A stretch of 64,000 nt of DNA from Enhydrobacter sp. GTDB lineage: Bacteria; Pseudomonadota; Alphaproteobacteria; Reyranellales; Reyranellaceae. This document shows, piece by piece, positions 27,321 to 41,117 of this stretch. A program made the translations under genes and the position numbers. The DNA is taken from contig NZ_CP126889.1 of the NCBI RefSeq assembly GCF_030246845.1, forward strand, positions 2,586,995 to 2,650,994, read 5' to 3'. The notes beneath the pieces were generated by a model, which searched no databases, had not been told where the DNA came from, and worked only from the letters and a program-made list of their open reading frames with translations. Position 1 is the stretch's first letter; every line of letters begins with the position of its first letter.

Positions 27321-28262
27321 ATGCCCCTCTCCACCGATCAGCAGGCCGAAATCGACCAGGTGCGCGCAACCGCTCGCGAGACGCTGCGGCCGGTCGCCCC
27401 GGCGCTGGAGGAAATCCTCTACCAGGCGCTGCCGGTGCTCGATCACGGCTTCGTCCGGGTGGTGGACTATATGGGTGACGACGCGGCGGTCGTGCAGGCG
27501 GCGCGCGTGAGCTACGGCCGCGGAACCAGGAAGGTGAGCGAGGATCGCGGGCTGATCAACTATCTCATGCGTCATCGCCACACGACGCCCTTCGAGATGT
27601 GCGAGATCAAGTATCACGTGAAGCTGCCCATCTTCGTGGCGCGACAGTGGATCCGCCATCGCACGGCCAACGTGAACGAATATTCGGCACGCTATTCGAT
27701 TCTCGACAACGAATTCTACGTGCCGAGGCCCGAGCACCTCGCGGCTCAAAGCAAGGCCAACCGCCAGGGCCGCGACAAGGTCCTGGGCGGCAGGGAGGCC
27801 GAACGCGTCTTCACGCTCCTCAGGAAGGACGCCGAGCTGGTTTACGAGCACTACATGGAGATGCTGAACGAGGGCGAGGCGGGCGAGCCGCTCGATCCCG
27901 AGCGTTCGGGCCTCGCCCGCGAGCTTGCGCGCATGAACCTCTCGCTCGCCTTCTATACGCAGTGGTACTGGAAGACGAACCTGCACAATCTCATGCACTT
28001 CCTGTCGCTGCGCGCCGACGCCCATGCGCAGTACGAGATCCGCGCCTATGCCGAGACCATGATCGAGACGCTCAGGCGCTGGTGTCCGATTTGCCACGAC
28101 GCCTTCATGGAATACCGCATGGGCGGGGCGCACCTGTCGAAGACCGGGCTTGCCGCCGTCAGGCGCATGATCTCGGGCGAGAAGGTCGACCAGAAGTCGA
28201 GTGGTCTCAATCCGCGCGAATGGCGCGAGCTGATGGCTTCCCTCGGCCTGCCGTCGCAATGA
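27321..28262 (+). CDS. thyX: Flavin-dependent thymidylate synthase
   Basis: HTTPFE and [19 protein letters not shown] ThyX motif. Confidence 0.96.
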   Translation: MPLSTDQQAEIDQVRATARETLRPVAPALEEILYQALPVLDHGFVRVVDYMGDDAAVVQAARVSYGRGTRKVSEDRGLINYLMRHRHTTPFEMCEIKYHVKLPIFVARQWIRHRTANVNEYSARYSILDNEFYVPRPEHLAAQSKANRQGRDKVLGGREAERVFTLLRKDAELVYEHYMEMLNEGEAGEPLDPERSGLARELARMNLSLAFYTQWYWKTNLHNLMHFLSLRADAHAQYEIRAYAETMIETLRRWCPICHDAFMEYRMGGAHLSKTGLAAVRRMISGEKVDQKSSGLNPREWRELMASLGLPSQ

Positions 28263-28828
28263 CCGGCATGCGCCCGGTCCGCGATCCCGGCCGGCTGCGG
28301 CTGTTGCGCGAGCGGCCGCGCGACCGTGAAGCGATCGAGGAGATGACGGCGGCGGCCTTCGGGCCCGACCGTTTCCACAAGACGGTCTACCGGCTGCGCG
28401 AGGATGTGCCGCCGCTGCGCGATCTCTGCTTCGTGGCCCTCGATCAGAAGGGCAGGCTCGTCGCTTCGATCCGCAACTGGCCGGTCCTGATCTACGAGCG
28501 CTGGCCGGCCGTCATGCTCGGTCCGCTCGCCATCGCACCGGAGCTGCGCGGCCTGGGCTACGGCAAGGCGCTGATGTGGCATTCGATGGCCCAGTCGCGC
28601 ATCCAGGGTCACAGTCGCGTCATCCTCGTGGGCGATCCCGAGTACTACAACCAGTTCGGCTTCCGCCGCGACCTCGCCCTCAACATCCAGCTCCCCGGCT
28701 GGGTCGAGGAGCGCCGCTTCCTGGCCCTCGAGCTGGTCGCCGGCTCGATGATCGGCGTGCACGGCATGGTCGGCAAGGCGCAGCCGCCGAAACGTCCGGC
28801 CGCCAGGAAGAGAAGAAGCGGCGGATAG
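28259..28828 (+). CDS. GNAT family N-acetyltransferase (YhbS-like)
   Basis: [19 protein letters not shown] and [13 protein letters not shown] motifs; ATGA overlap with thyX. Confidence 0.85.
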   Translation: MTGMRPVRDPGRLRLLRERPRDREAIEEMTAAAFGPDRFHKTVYRLREDVPPLRDLCFVALDQKGRLVASIRNWPVLIYERWPAVMLGPLAIAPELRGLGYGKALMWHSMAQSRIQGHSRVILVGDPEYYNQFGFRRDLALNIQLPGWVEERRFLALELVAGSMIGVHGMVGKAQPPKRPAARKRRSGG

Positions 28829-28832
28829 CCGG

Positions 28833-29978
28833 TCAGCGCATCACGATCCGCGGCGCCGCGCGCGGGCCGCGCTGGTTGGCCGAGAGCTGCTTCCAGACGC
28901 GGCCGGCGATGTTCCTGTAGGTCCGGGCGTGAGCGCTGTCGGGCTGAGCGACGACGATGGGGTTGCCGCCGTCCGACGTGGTGCGGATGTCGAGATGCAG
29001 CGGGATCTCGCCCAGGAACGGCACGCCCAGCCTCTTCGCCTCCTCACGCGCGCCGCCATGGCCGAAGATCTCCGACCGCTCGCCGCATTTGGGACAGAGG
29101 AAATAGCTCATGTTCTCGACAATGCCGAGCACCGGCACGGCGACCTTGCGGAACATGTTGAGTCCCTTGCGGGCGTCGACCAGGGCAATATCCTGCGGCG
29201 TCGAAACGATCACCGCGCCCGACAGCGCCACCCGCTGCGCTAGCGTGAGCTGGGCGTCGCCGGTGCCGGGGGGCATGTCGACCACCAGCACGTCGAGCTC
29301 GCCCCACTGCACATCGCGCAGCATCTGCTCGAGCGCGCTCGACACCATCGGGCCACGCCAGATCATCGGCGCTTCCTCGTTGACGATATAGCCGATCGAC
29401 ATGGTGCGAAGGCCGTAGCGTTCGATCGGCTTGAGCTGCCTGCCGTCGACCGATTCCGGCTTTTCCTTCACCGCCAGCATGCGCGGCATCGAGGGCCCGT
29501 AGATGTCGGCATCGAGCAAGCCGGTGCCGACGCCATTGGCGGCAAGGCCGAGCGCCAGATTGACGGCCGTCGTCGACTTGCCGACACCGCCCTTGCCCGA
29601 GGCGATCGCGATGATGTGTTTCACCCCCGGCACATCGATGCGCCCGGCCCCTGCCGCATGCGCGGCGCCGCGCGCATGGCCCGCGCGTGCCGGCCGGGCC
29701 GGCGGCGTTGGCGGCGGCGCAGGGGCGGCGCGTTCGGCGGTCATGACCGCGGTCGCGGAGAGGACGCCCGGCATCGCGCGCACGGCCTGCTCACAGGCCA
29801 GCCGCAGGGGCTCGAGGGAGGCGCCGCGCGCCGGATCGACCTCGAGGGTCACGGCGACATGGCCGCCACGGGTGGCGATGCCGCCCACCATGCCCGACGC
29901 CACGACGCTCTTCGCGGTGACGGGATCGATGACCGTGTCGAGAACGCTGCGCACGGCCGATTCGGTTATTTCCGCCAT
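28833..29978 (-). CDS. apbC: Mrp/ApbC Fe-S cluster carrier ATPase
   Basis: SGKGGVGKST, DADIYGPS, WRGPM, DMPPGTGD and ENMSYFLCPKCG motifs. Confidence 0.93.
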   Translation of the reverse strand: MAEITESAVRSVLDTVIDPVTAKSVVASGMVGGIATRGGHVAVTLEVDPARGASLEPLRLACEQAVRAMPGVLSATAVMTAERAAPAPPPTPPARPARAGHARGAAHAAGAGRIDVPGVKHIIAIASGKGGVGKSTTAVNLALGLAANGVGTGLLDADIYGPSMPRMLAVKEKPESVDGRQLKPIERYGLRTMSIGYIVNEEAPMIWRGPMVSSALEQMLRDVQWGELDVLVVDMPPGTGDAQLTLAQRVALSGAVIVSTPQDIALVDARKGLNMFRKVAVPVLGIVENMSYFLCPKCGERSEIFGHGGAREEAKRLGVPFLGEIPLHLDIRTTSDGGNPIVVAQPDSAHARTYRNIAGRVWKQLSANQRGPRAAPRIVMR

Positions 29979-30008
29979 GTTCGCTCGCTCCCGGCAATAA
30001 CTGTCGCG

Positions 30009-30039
30009 CTTGATTGAGGGTAGTGTTGCCGTCACATAT
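30009..30039 (+). promoter_or_regulatory. Putative promoter of hflKC (CTTG-N20-CACAT), RpoH- or RpoD-like
   Basis: CTTGATTGAGGGTAGTGTTGCCGTCACATAT. Confidence 0.45.
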
Positions 30040-30089
30040 ATGCAGCGCGGCATGAAAGCAAAGTCCCGCTGCGGGCCCTGAGGTGATGG

Positions 30090-31256
30090 ATGGCGTGGAA
30101 CAGCAATAGCGGCGGCCCCTGGGGCGGCGGCGGAAGCGGCGGCGGAGGCGGCGGTCCGTGGGGCGGCGGCGGACGCGGTGGCGGCCCCTTCGGCTCGCGT
30201 CGGCCGCCGGACATGGACGATGTAATCCGCAAGGGCCAGGAGCGGCTGCGCAATCTCCTTCCGGGCGGCTTCGGCTCCGCCAAGGGCCTGCTGCTGATCG
30301 CGCTCGCGGCGATCGTGGTCTGGCTGCTCACCGGCTTCTTCCGTGTGCAGCCCAACCAGCAGGCGATCCAGCTCATCTTCGGCAAGCCCTATGGCGGCGC
30401 GGTCGAGCCGGGACTGCACTACAATCTGCCGGCGCCGATCGGCCACGTCGTGGTCGTGAACGTCCAGGACCAGCGGCGCACCGTGCTCGGCGCGCGCAAC
30501 TCGCCGGGCTACAGCCGCAATTCGCGCGCCGCCAGCTCGTCGGAGAACCTGATGCTGACCGGCGACGAGAATATCGTCGACATCGAGTTCGCCGTCCTGT
30601 GGCAGGTCAAGGACGTGTTCAAATACGCTTTTGCCGTGCGCAACGGCGAGGAGACGGTCCGCGCCGCCTCGGAAGCGGCGATGCGCGAGGTGATCGGCCA
30701 GTCCAACCTGCAATACGCCCAGACCGAGGGTCGGACGAAGATCGAGCAGGACACCAAGGATCTGCTGCAGCGCATTCTCGACGAGTACGGAGTCGGCGTG
30801 CGCATCTCCCAAGTGCAGCTCCTGAGAGTCGATCCACCGCAGGAGGTGATCGCGGCCTTCCGCGACGTCCAGGCCGCTCGCGCCGACAAGGAGAAGAAGA
30901 TCAACGAAGCCAACACCTACCGCAACCAGGTGCTGCCGCGGGCCAAGGGCGAGGCCGCCTCGATCGTTCAGAAAGCCGAGGCCTACAAGGCCGAGACCGT
31001 CGCGCGCGCCAAGGGCGACACCCGGCGTTTCGACCAGGTCTATGAGCAATACGTCAAGGCCAAGGACGTGACGACCGAGCGCCTCTATCTGGAGACGATC
31101 GAGGATGTGCTGCACAACATGAACAAGGTCGTGGTTGACAAGAAGACTGCCGGGCCGGGCGTTCTGCCCTACCTGCCGCTGCCCGAGCTCAAGCCCTCGC
31201 AACCATCGCCGCCGCCGCCGCGGGCGAGCACCGCCGACCAGGGAGGCTCGCGATGA
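30090..31256 (+). CDS. hflK: FtsH modulator HflK
   Basis: MAWN Gly-rich N-terminus, PPD.D..IRK, MLTGDENIVD and VLPRAKGEA motifs. Confidence 0.95.
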   Translation: MAWNSNSGGPWGGGGSGGGGGGPWGGGGRGGGPFGSRRPPDMDDVIRKGQERLRNLLPGGFGSAKGLLLIALAAIVVWLLTGFFRVQPNQQAIQLIFGKPYGGAVEPGLHYNLPAPIGHVVVVNVQDQRRTVLGARNSPGYSRNSRAASSSENLMLTGDENIVDIEFAVLWQVKDVFKYAFAVRNGEETVRAASEAAMREVIGQSNLQYAQTEGRTKIEQDTKDLLQRILDEYGVGVRISQVQLLRVDPPQEVIAAFRDVQAARADKEKKINEANTYRNQVLPRAKGEAASIVQKAEAYKAETVARAKGDTRRFDQVYEQYVKAKDVTTERLYLETIEDVLHNMNKVVVDKKTAGPGVLPYLPLPELKPSQPSPPPPRASTADQGGSR

Positions 31257-32140
31257 GCAACCGCGCGATCATGGTCCTGGTCGGGCTGGCGGTCGTCATC
31301 TTCCTGCTCACCCAGACCTTCTACACGGTCGACCCGACCACCCAGGTGCTGGTCCGGCAATTCGGTGCGCTGGTCGGCAAGCCGAAGACCGAACCCGGCC
31401 TCTATGCCAAGATCCCCCTCGTCCAGGACATCGTACGGATCGACCGGCGGCTGCTCGACTACGAGGCCGACGAATTCGAGGTCATTGCCGGCGACCAGAA
31501 GCGGCTGGTGGTCGATGCGTTCGCACGATACCGGATTACCGATGCGCGCCTGTTCGCCGAGCGCGTGCCGGCCGGCGAGCCGGCGCTGCGGGGCTTGCTC
31601 GACTCGCTGATCAATTCCGAGATCCGAGGCGTGCTGAGCTCGGTGCCGCTGCATGCCGTGCTGACCGAGCAGCGCGCCTCGCTGATGGACGACATCACCA
31701 AGCGGGTGAACGGCAAGACCACCGATCTCGGCGTCCAGGTGGTCGACGTCCGCATCAAGCGTGCGGACCTGCCGCAGGCCAACTCGCAGTCGGTCTACAA
31801 CCGAATGAAGACCGACCGCGAGCGGGAAGCCGGCCAGCTGCGGGCCGAGGGCGACGAGGAGAACCAGCGTATCCGCGCCACGGCCGATCGCGAGGTCGCG
31901 GTCATCAAGGCCGAGGCCGGCCTCAAGGCGCAGGTCACCCGGGGCGAGGCCGACGCCGAGGCCACGCGCATCTACGCTGCGGCCTTCGACCAGGACAAGG
32001 ATTTCTATGCCTTCTGGCGGCGCATGGAAGCCTACCGGCAGGCCTTCTCCGGCGGCGGCACGATGATCCTGAGCCCGGACAACGATTTCTTCCGCTATTT
32101 CAACCAGCCACCGGCAGTGGCGATCACGGGGAAGAAATAG
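31253..32140 (+). CDS. hflC: FtsH modulator HflC
   Basis: DQKRLVVDAF, VDVRIKRADLP and YAFWRRMEAY motifs. Confidence 0.95.
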   Translation: MSNRAIMVLVGLAVVIFLLTQTFYTVDPTTQVLVRQFGALVGKPKTEPGLYAKIPLVQDIVRIDRRLLDYEADEFEVIAGDQKRLVVDAFARYRITDARLFAERVPAGEPALRGLLDSLINSEIRGVLSSVPLHAVLTEQRASLMDDITKRVNGKTTDLGVQVVDVRIKRADLPQANSQSVYNRMKTDREREAGQLRAEGDEENQRIRATADREVAVIKAEAGLKAQVTRGEADAEATRIYAAAFDQDKDFYAFWRRMEAYRQAFSGGGTMILSPDNDFFRYFNQPPAVAITGKK

Positions 32141-32158
32141 TCCGGCGGAAAGATCGTG

Positions 32159-32199
32159 CCGGCGGCTGTGGCAGACTTGCCACGCCGCCGGGCCCTTTT
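32159..32199 (+). terminator. Hairpin / possible terminator after hflC
   Basis: CCGGCGGC-T-GTGGCA-GACT-TGCCAC-GCCGCCGG followed by GCCCTTTT. Confidence 0.45.
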
Positions 32200-32343
32200 C
32201 GCCCGAATCGCCGAAATGGCCCGGCCTCCGGCCACATGACAGCCTCTTTATTTGCGCCATAATCGGCGCCCATGTAGACACTGGATCGAACGCGCGGTGC
32301 CGGCCGTTCCGACTTGGGCCTCGAGCGCCGCGGGAGGTCGGGC

Positions 32344-33849
32344 GTGAATCTGAGGGAATTCCAAAGTCTTTCGAGGGGGGCCGTCGCCTTCGTGGCGGCG
32401 CTCGGGCTCGTGCTGGTCCAGCCATTGGTGGCGGCGCCGGCCGCTGCGCGCGAGGCACCGCAGAGCTTCGCCGATCTGGTCGAGGTGCTGATGCCGACCG
32501 TGGTCAACATCACCACGACCCAGAACCTGCCGCAGCAAGGGCCGCGTTTGCGGGATATGCCGCAGCTTCCGCCGGGCTCGCCGTTCGAGGAGCTGTTCAA
32601 GGAGTTTTTCGACCGACGCGGCGGCGAGGAACAGCAGCGGCGGCGCGGCACGTCGCTTGGCTCGGGCTTCATCGTCGACCCGTCGGGCTACATCGTCACC
32701 AATAACCACGTCATCCAGGGGGCGGAGGACATCACCGTCATCCTGAAGGACGACACGCAGCTCAAGGCCAAGCTGATCGGCGCCGACAGCCGGGCGGACC
32801 TCGCGGTGCTGAAGGTCAATCCGCCGGGCGGCAAGCCGCTGCCGGCCGTGAAGTTCGGCGATTCGGACAAGGTGCGGGTCGGCGACTGGGTGATCGCGAT
32901 CGGCAATCCATTTGGCCTCGGCCATTCGGTGACGGCGGGCATCATCTCCGCCCGCGGGCGCGCCCTGTCCGATTCGCTCGACGACTACCTGCAGACCGAC
33001 GCTGCCATCAACAAGGGCAACTCGGGCGGGCCGCTGTTCGATGCCGACGGCGAGGTGATCGGCGTCAACACGGCGATCTATTCGCCCTCCGGCACCAATG
33101 CGGGCCTCGCCTTTTCCATCCCGTCGAACCAGGTCAAGCAGGTCGCCGAACAGCTGCGCGAGTACGGTCGCGTGCGGCGCGGCTGGATCGGCGTCAGCTA
33201 TCAAAGCGTGACCGACGACATCGCCGACAGCTTCGGTCTCGATCGTGCGCGCGGGGTGCTGGTGGCCAACGTGGTGGCCGACAGTCCGGCGGCCAAGGCC
33301 GGCATCAAGCGCAACGACATCATCCTGTCCTTCAACGGTCACGACGTGGCGGATCTGCGGCATTTCCCGCGGCTGGTCGCCAACGCTCGCGTCGGCAGCA
33401 CCGTCGAGACGGTCGTGTGGCGGCAAGGCAAGCAGCAGACGCTGAAGCTCAAGATCGGCGAGCAGGATTCGGCCGAGAAGCAGAACGCCTCGGTGCAGGA
33501 GTCGACGCCCTCCAAGAAGCCGGCGGAGCACGACCGGTCGGTCAGTTCGACGGTCGAGCAGCTCGGGCTCACGTTGCAGAAGGTGAGCGACCAGTTGCGC
33601 GAGAAATATGGCCTCAGCGACAATGTGAAAGGTGTCGTGGTGACCCGCGTTGCGCCCGACAGCCCGGCGGCGGAGAAGCAGCTCCAGGCCGGCGACGTGA
33701 TCGTCGAGGTCGACCAGAAAGCGGTGAGCACGCCGCAGGAGGTGGCCGATATAGTGGCCAAGCTGCAGGCGCAGAAGAAGCGTTCGGTCCTGCTGTTCGT
33801 CGAACGCCAAGGCGACCCGCGCTTCGCCGCTCTCAAGCTGACCAAGTAG
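32344..33849 (+). CDS. degP: DegP/HtrA (Do family) serine endoprotease
   Basis: SLGSGFI, TNNHV, DLAVLK, QTDAAINKGNSGGPL and two PDZ domains; start codon uncertain. Confidence 0.92.
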   Translation: MNLREFQSLSRGAVAFVAALGLVLVQPLVAAPAAAREAPQSFADLVEVLMPTVVNITTTQNLPQQGPRLRDMPQLPPGSPFEELFKEFFDRRGGEEQQRRRGTSLGSGFIVDPSGYIVTNNHVIQGAEDITVILKDDTQLKAKLIGADSRADLAVLKVNPPGGKPLPAVKFGDSDKVRVGDWVIAIGNPFGLGHSVTAGIISARGRALSDSLDDYLQTDAAINKGNSGGPLFDADGEVIGVNTAIYSPSGTNAGLAFSIPSNQVKQVAEQLREYGRVRRGWIGVSYQSVTDDIADSFGLDRARGVLVANVVADSPAAKAGIKRNDIILSFNGHDVADLRHFPRLVANARVGSTVETVVWRQGKQQTLKLKIGEQDSAEKQNASVQESTPSKKPAEHDRSVSSTVEQLGLTLQKVSDQLREKYGLSDNVKGVVVTRVAPDSPAAEKQLQAGDVIVEVDQKAVSTPQEVADIVAKLQAQKKRSVLLFVERQGDPRFAALKLTK

Positions 33850-33990
33850 CCGGATAAGGCCGCAGCACCGCCCTGACGACCGGCGGGCCCGATCTGTTCA
33901 TGCTGTTCTGCGGCGCGCCGATCGACCGGACGCGGCGGCGCTCGTTCTTCAGCGAGTTCCCGCGTGCGGCGCCTCTCGACGCGTGAGGAA

Positions 33991-35004
33991 CTAAGCGTCG
34001 ATCTTCACCACCAGCTTGCCGAAGTTCTCGCCCTTCAGCAGCCCCATGAAGGCCTGAGGCGCCCGGGCGAGCCCCTCGACGATGGTCTCGCGGCTCTTGA
34101 GCCTGCCGGCCTTCAGAAGGCCACCGACCTCGTTCACGAACTCGCCCATCAGCGCCGTGTGGTCGGAAATGATGAAGCCCTGCAGGGTCAGCCGTCGCTG
34201 CACGATGGTGAACATCTTGGGCGGCCCCGCCATCGGCTCCTTGTCCTGGTACTCGGAAATGGCGCCGCAGAAGGCGACCCGGCCGAAGTTGTTGAGCCGC
34301 GCGAACACGGCGTGGAAGATCGGCCCGCCGACATTCTCGAAATCCGCGTCGATGCCCTGCGGACAGAGCCTGTCGAGCACGGCGCCGTAGTCGCGCTCGG
34401 TACGATGGTTGAAGCAGGCGTCGTAGCCCGCTTCGCGCACGGCCCAGACGCATTTGTCCTCGCCACCGGCGCAGCCCACCACCTTGGCGCCGGCAAGCCT
34501 GGCGAGCTGGCCCGCCACCTGGCCGACCGCGCCGGTCGCCGCCGACACGAACGCCGTCTCGCCCGCCTTGGGCTTGCAGATATGCTTCATGCCGTACCAG
34601 GCGGTGAAGCTCGGCATGCCGAGCACGCCGAGATGGGCCGGCAGCGGCGCGACGGCCGGATCGATCTTGCGCAGGCCCTTGCCGTCATGGACGGTATGAG
34701 TTGCCCAGTTCAGCATGCCGATCACGGTATCGCCCTTGGCGAAGCGGTCGTTGCGCGAGTCCACGACTTCGCCGACCGAGCCGCCGGTCAGCGGCTTGCC
34801 GACCTCGAAGGGCGGGGTATAGGAATGCAGCTCGCTCATGCGCGGCCGCATGTAGGGATCGAGCGAGAGGAAGCGCTGGCGCACCAGGATCTGGCCCTCG
34901 GCGAGCGCCGGAATCGCAACCGTCTCCTGCCGGAAACAGTCGCCGTTCACGTCGCCCACCGGGCGCTTGGCGAGAACGATCTGCAGGGCGTCGGTCATGG
35001 ACAT
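33991..35004 (-). CDS. NADP-dependent oxidoreductase (PTGR/CurA-like, MDR family)
   Basis: LSLDPYMR, LGVLGMP, VSAATGAVG, FENVGG and GENFGKLVVKI motifs. Confidence 0.9.
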   Translation of the reverse strand: MSMTDALQIVLAKRPVGDVNGDCFRQETVAIPALAEGQILVRQRFLSLDPYMRPRMSELHSYTPPFEVGKPLTGGSVGEVVDSRNDRFAKGDTVIGMLNWATHTVHDGKGLRKIDPAVAPLPAHLGVLGMPSFTAWYGMKHICKPKAGETAFVSAATGAVGQVAGQLARLAGAKVVGCAGGEDKCVWAVREAGYDACFNHRTERDYGAVLDRLCPQGIDADFENVGGPIFHAVFARLNNFGRVAFCGAISEYQDKEPMAGPPKMFTIVQRRLTLQGFIISDHTALMGEFVNEVGGLLKAGRLKSRETIVEGLARAPQAFMGLLKGENFGKLVVKIDA

Positions 35005-35008
35005 GTCC

Positions 35009-35890
35009 TCATGGGTCGGGCCTTTCGATGAAGTCGCTGCGGCGATAGCCCTGGAGATAGAGCAGGGCCGTGAGATCGCCATGGATGATTCGCGCCGGGA
35101 CCTGGGCCGCCACGACGGGCTTGGCATGGAAGGCCACGCCCAGCCCTGCCGCCTGCAGCATGGGCAGGTCATTGGCGCCATCGCCGACGGTCAGGGCCGC
35201 GCCGACCGCCACCTGCCGCTCGACGCACAGCCGGTCCAGCGTCGCGAGCTTCGCCTCCCTGCCCAGGATCGGCGGCTCGACGTCACCCGTGAGCGCTTGC
35301 CCGTCATGGCGCAGCACGTTGGCGACATCGAGGTCGAAGCCCAGCGCCTGGCGAACCTTGGAGGTGAAATGGGTGAAGCCGCCGGACACGAGCGCGCAGA
35401 ACGCGCCGTTCTTGTGCATCGTGGCCACCAGCGTGGCGGCGCCCGGCGCATAGCGAATGCGTTTCGCCGCCTCGTCGAGCTTCGCGACCGGCAGGCCCTT
35501 CAGGAGGCCAACCCGTTCCTCGAGAGCGCGGGCGAAGTCGATCTCGCCGTTCATGGCGCGCGCCGTGATGCCCGCGATCTTCTCGCGCAAGCCCAGGAAA
35601 TCCGCGAGCTCGTCGAGCATCTCGTTCTCGATGACGGTCGATTCCATGTCGGCCACCAGGAGCTTCTTGCGCCGCAGAAGGGCCGGCACGACGACGGCGT
35701 CGATGCCCGGCAATGAGACTTCCGGCGGCCGGCCCTCGAACGGCACATCGCAGGCGATGCCGGGGGAGAGCCAGTCGGGATTGCCGACGGCGACGCCGCT
35801 GGCATGCAAGGCCTCGGTCGCCCGCCGGACATGCGCTTCGTCGAGCCTGGCTGCGGCGGGATTGGAGATCAGGACCAGGACGTTCTTCAC
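35009..35890 (-). CDS. serB: Phosphoserine phosphatase
   Basis: KKLLVADMESTVIENEMLDELA, VSGGF and VGDGANDLPML motifs. Confidence 0.93.
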   Translation of the reverse strand: MKNVLVLISNPAAARLDEAHVRRATEALHASGVAVGNPDWLSPGIACDVPFEGRPPEVSLPGIDAVVVPALLRRKKLLVADMESTVIENEMLDELADFLGLREKIAGITARAMNGEIDFARALEERVGLLKGLPVAKLDEAAKRIRYAPGAATLVATMHKNGAFCALVSGGFTHFTSKVRQALGFDLDVANVLRHDGQALTGDVEPPILGREAKLATLDRLCVERQVAVGAALTVGDGANDLPMLQAAGLGVAFHAKPVVAAQVPARIIHGDLTALLYLQGYRRSDFIERPDP

Positions 35891-35938
35891 GCTCCGCCTC
35901 TAGCGGCGCGCTGCAGGATTTGCAAACGCAGCGGCGTC

Positions 35939-36880
35939 ATGGCCAAAAGAAGCATGGCCAGACCGGATGTGATCATCGTCACGGGACCGACCGCGAGCGG
36001 GAAGTCGGCGCTGGCCCTGGCGCTGGCGCAACGCCGCCATGGCACGGTGATCAATGCCGACGCGATGCAGACCTACGATGCGTTCCCGATCCTGACCGCC
36101 CAGCCGAGCGCGGCGGAACGCGCCGTCGCGCCGCATCTTCTCTACGGCGTGCTGCCTGTCGGCGAGACCCTGTCGGCGGCGCGCTGGCGAGCGCTCGCCG
36201 AGACCGCGATCGAGCGCTCTCTCGGGGAGGGACGATTGCCCGTCCTATGCGGAGGTTCCGGTCTCTACCTGCGCGCCCTGATGCAGGGCTTCGCGGAGAT
36301 TCCGTCAGTGCCGGCCGGCCTTCGCGCGCAGGCCAATGAAGACTGGCTCCGGCTGGGGCCGGCGATCTTTCGCGCCCGGCTGGCCGAGCACGATCCCGAG
36401 ATCGTGGCACGCCTCGCACCCGGCGACCGGCAGCGGCACGTGCGCGCCTGGGAGGTCTGGCAGGCAACTGGCCGGCCGCTCAGCGACTGGCAGGAAGGTC
36501 AGGTGCCGCCCGCGCCCTGGCGCTTCGCATTGATCCTTCTTGCCCCCGAGCGGGCCTGGCTGCGCGACAGGATCGCGGCGCGCTTCGATGCCATGTTGCG
36601 GGCGGGCATGCTGGACGAAGTGCGCGCCGTGTTCGACCGCCATCCCGATCCGTCCTGGCCGGGGCTGAAGGCCCATGGCGCGCCCGAGCTCTTCCGCTAT
36701 TTCCGCGGCGAGCTCACGCTCGAGGAGGCGCGGCGAATCGCCATCGATCACACGCGCCAATATGCTAAACGCCAGATGACGTGGTTTCGGCATCAACTGA
36801 CCCCAGACCTTGTGGTCGAAGCTTGTTCAAATCTGGCTTTAGAGGCGGCTGAGAAATTTTTGGATAAAATCGAGGTCTGA
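35939..36880 (+). CDS. miaA: tRNA dimethylallyltransferase
   Basis: GPTASGKS, INADAMQ, GGSGLY and TRQYAKRQMTWFRHQ motifs; alternative start at 35954. Confidence 0.95.
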   Translation: MAKRSMARPDVIIVTGPTASGKSALALALAQRRHGTVINADAMQTYDAFPILTAQPSAAERAVAPHLLYGVLPVGETLSAARWRALAETAIERSLGEGRLPVLCGGSGLYLRALMQGFAEIPSVPAGLRAQANEDWLRLGPAIFRARLAEHDPEIVARLAPGDRQRHVRAWEVWQATGRPLSDWQEGQVPPAPWRFALILLAPERAWLRDRIAARFDAMLRAGMLDEVRAVFDRHPDPSWPGLKAHGAPELFRYFRGELTLEEARRIAIDHTRQYAKRQMTWFRHQLTPDLVVEACSNLALEAAEKFLDKIEV

Positions 36881-36906
36881 ACCTTTGCGTTTCGTGCCGA
36901 TTTTGA

Positions 36907-36935
36907 TTGACCCTCCGGACCCCCATCTCTACCTT
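36907..36935 (+). promoter_or_regulatory. Putative sigma70 promoter of the ilv operon
   Basis: TTGACC, 17 nt, TACCTT. Confidence 0.55.
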
Positions 36936-36991
36936 CCGCGCCGCCGCAAACCTCGTTTTGCGGCGCATTTGTCCCAGAGGAGACCCGTGTC

Positions 36992-38757
<1,766 letters not shown>

Positions 38758-38761
<4 letters not shown>

Positions 38762-39270
38762 GCGCCGTCGAGACGGCCTCGCGCCATACCATCTCCATCC
38801 TCGTCGACAACGAACCCGGCATCCTGGCAAGGGTGGTCGGCTTGTTCTCCGGCCGCGGCTACAACATCGAGAGCCTCACGGTCGCCAGGACCAACGAGAA
38901 GGAGAACCTTTCGCGCATCACCATCGTCACCGCCGGTACGCCGATGGTGATCGAGCAGATCAAGGCCCAGCTCGACCGGCTGGTGCCGGTCCATCGCGTG
39001 CGCGATCTCACGCTCGAGGGCGCCCATGTCGAGCGCGAGCTGGCGCTGGTGAAGGTGAAGAGCACCGGCGAGAAGCGTGTCGAGGCGCTGCGGCTGGCCG
39101 ACGTGTTCCGCGCCAAGGTGATCGACGCCAAGAACGATTCCTTCGTCTTCGAGGTCACCGGCGCCTCCGACAAGGTCGACACCTTCATCGGCCTGATGGA
39201 GGCGCTGGGCCTGGTCGATGTCGGCCGCACCGGCATCGTCGCCACCACCCGCGGCGGCGAGGCGATCTGA
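38758..39270 (+). CDS. ilvN: Acetolactate synthase small subunit
   Basis: VDNEPGILARVVGLFSGRGYNIESLTV ACT domain. Confidence 0.95.
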
Positions 39271-39284
39271 TGATTTGGCTGGGC

Positions 39285-39309
39285 GCGCGCCACTCCAATG
39301 GCCCTCATG
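39285..39309 (-). repeat. REP-like element, family A (inverted copy)
   Basis: Reverse complement CATGAGGGCCATTGGAGTGGCGCGC differs from the family consensus at 2 of 25 positions. Confidence 0.7.
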
Positions 39310-39313
39310 GTCT

Positions 39314-41043
<1,730 letters not shown>

Positions 41044-41050
41044 CGGCTTT

Positions 41051-41111
41051 TCTGGACCGCGAGCGTCCCGCTCGCTCTTGCTCATGAAGCGGGCAGGATG
41101 CCCGCGGTCCG
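41051..41111. repeat. REP-like hairpin, family B
   Basis: TCTGGACCGCG...CTCATGAAGCGGGCAGGATGCCCGCGGTCCG, between the convergent ilvC and SDR genes. Confidence 0.65.
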
Positions 41112-41117
41112 GAAGAT

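Noticed and set aside
30090-30200. GGC-rich tandem-like repeat at the hflK start
   Set aside because: It encodes the Gly-rich N-terminus usual in HflK.
32141-32343. Expected DUF2065 gene between hflC and degP
   Set aside because: No suitable hydrophobic ORF was found; the region holds a hairpin and promoter-like sequence.
36881-36991. ilv attenuator or leader peptide
   Set aside because: No Ile/Leu/Val-rich leader ORF or terminator between the candidate promoter and the ATG.
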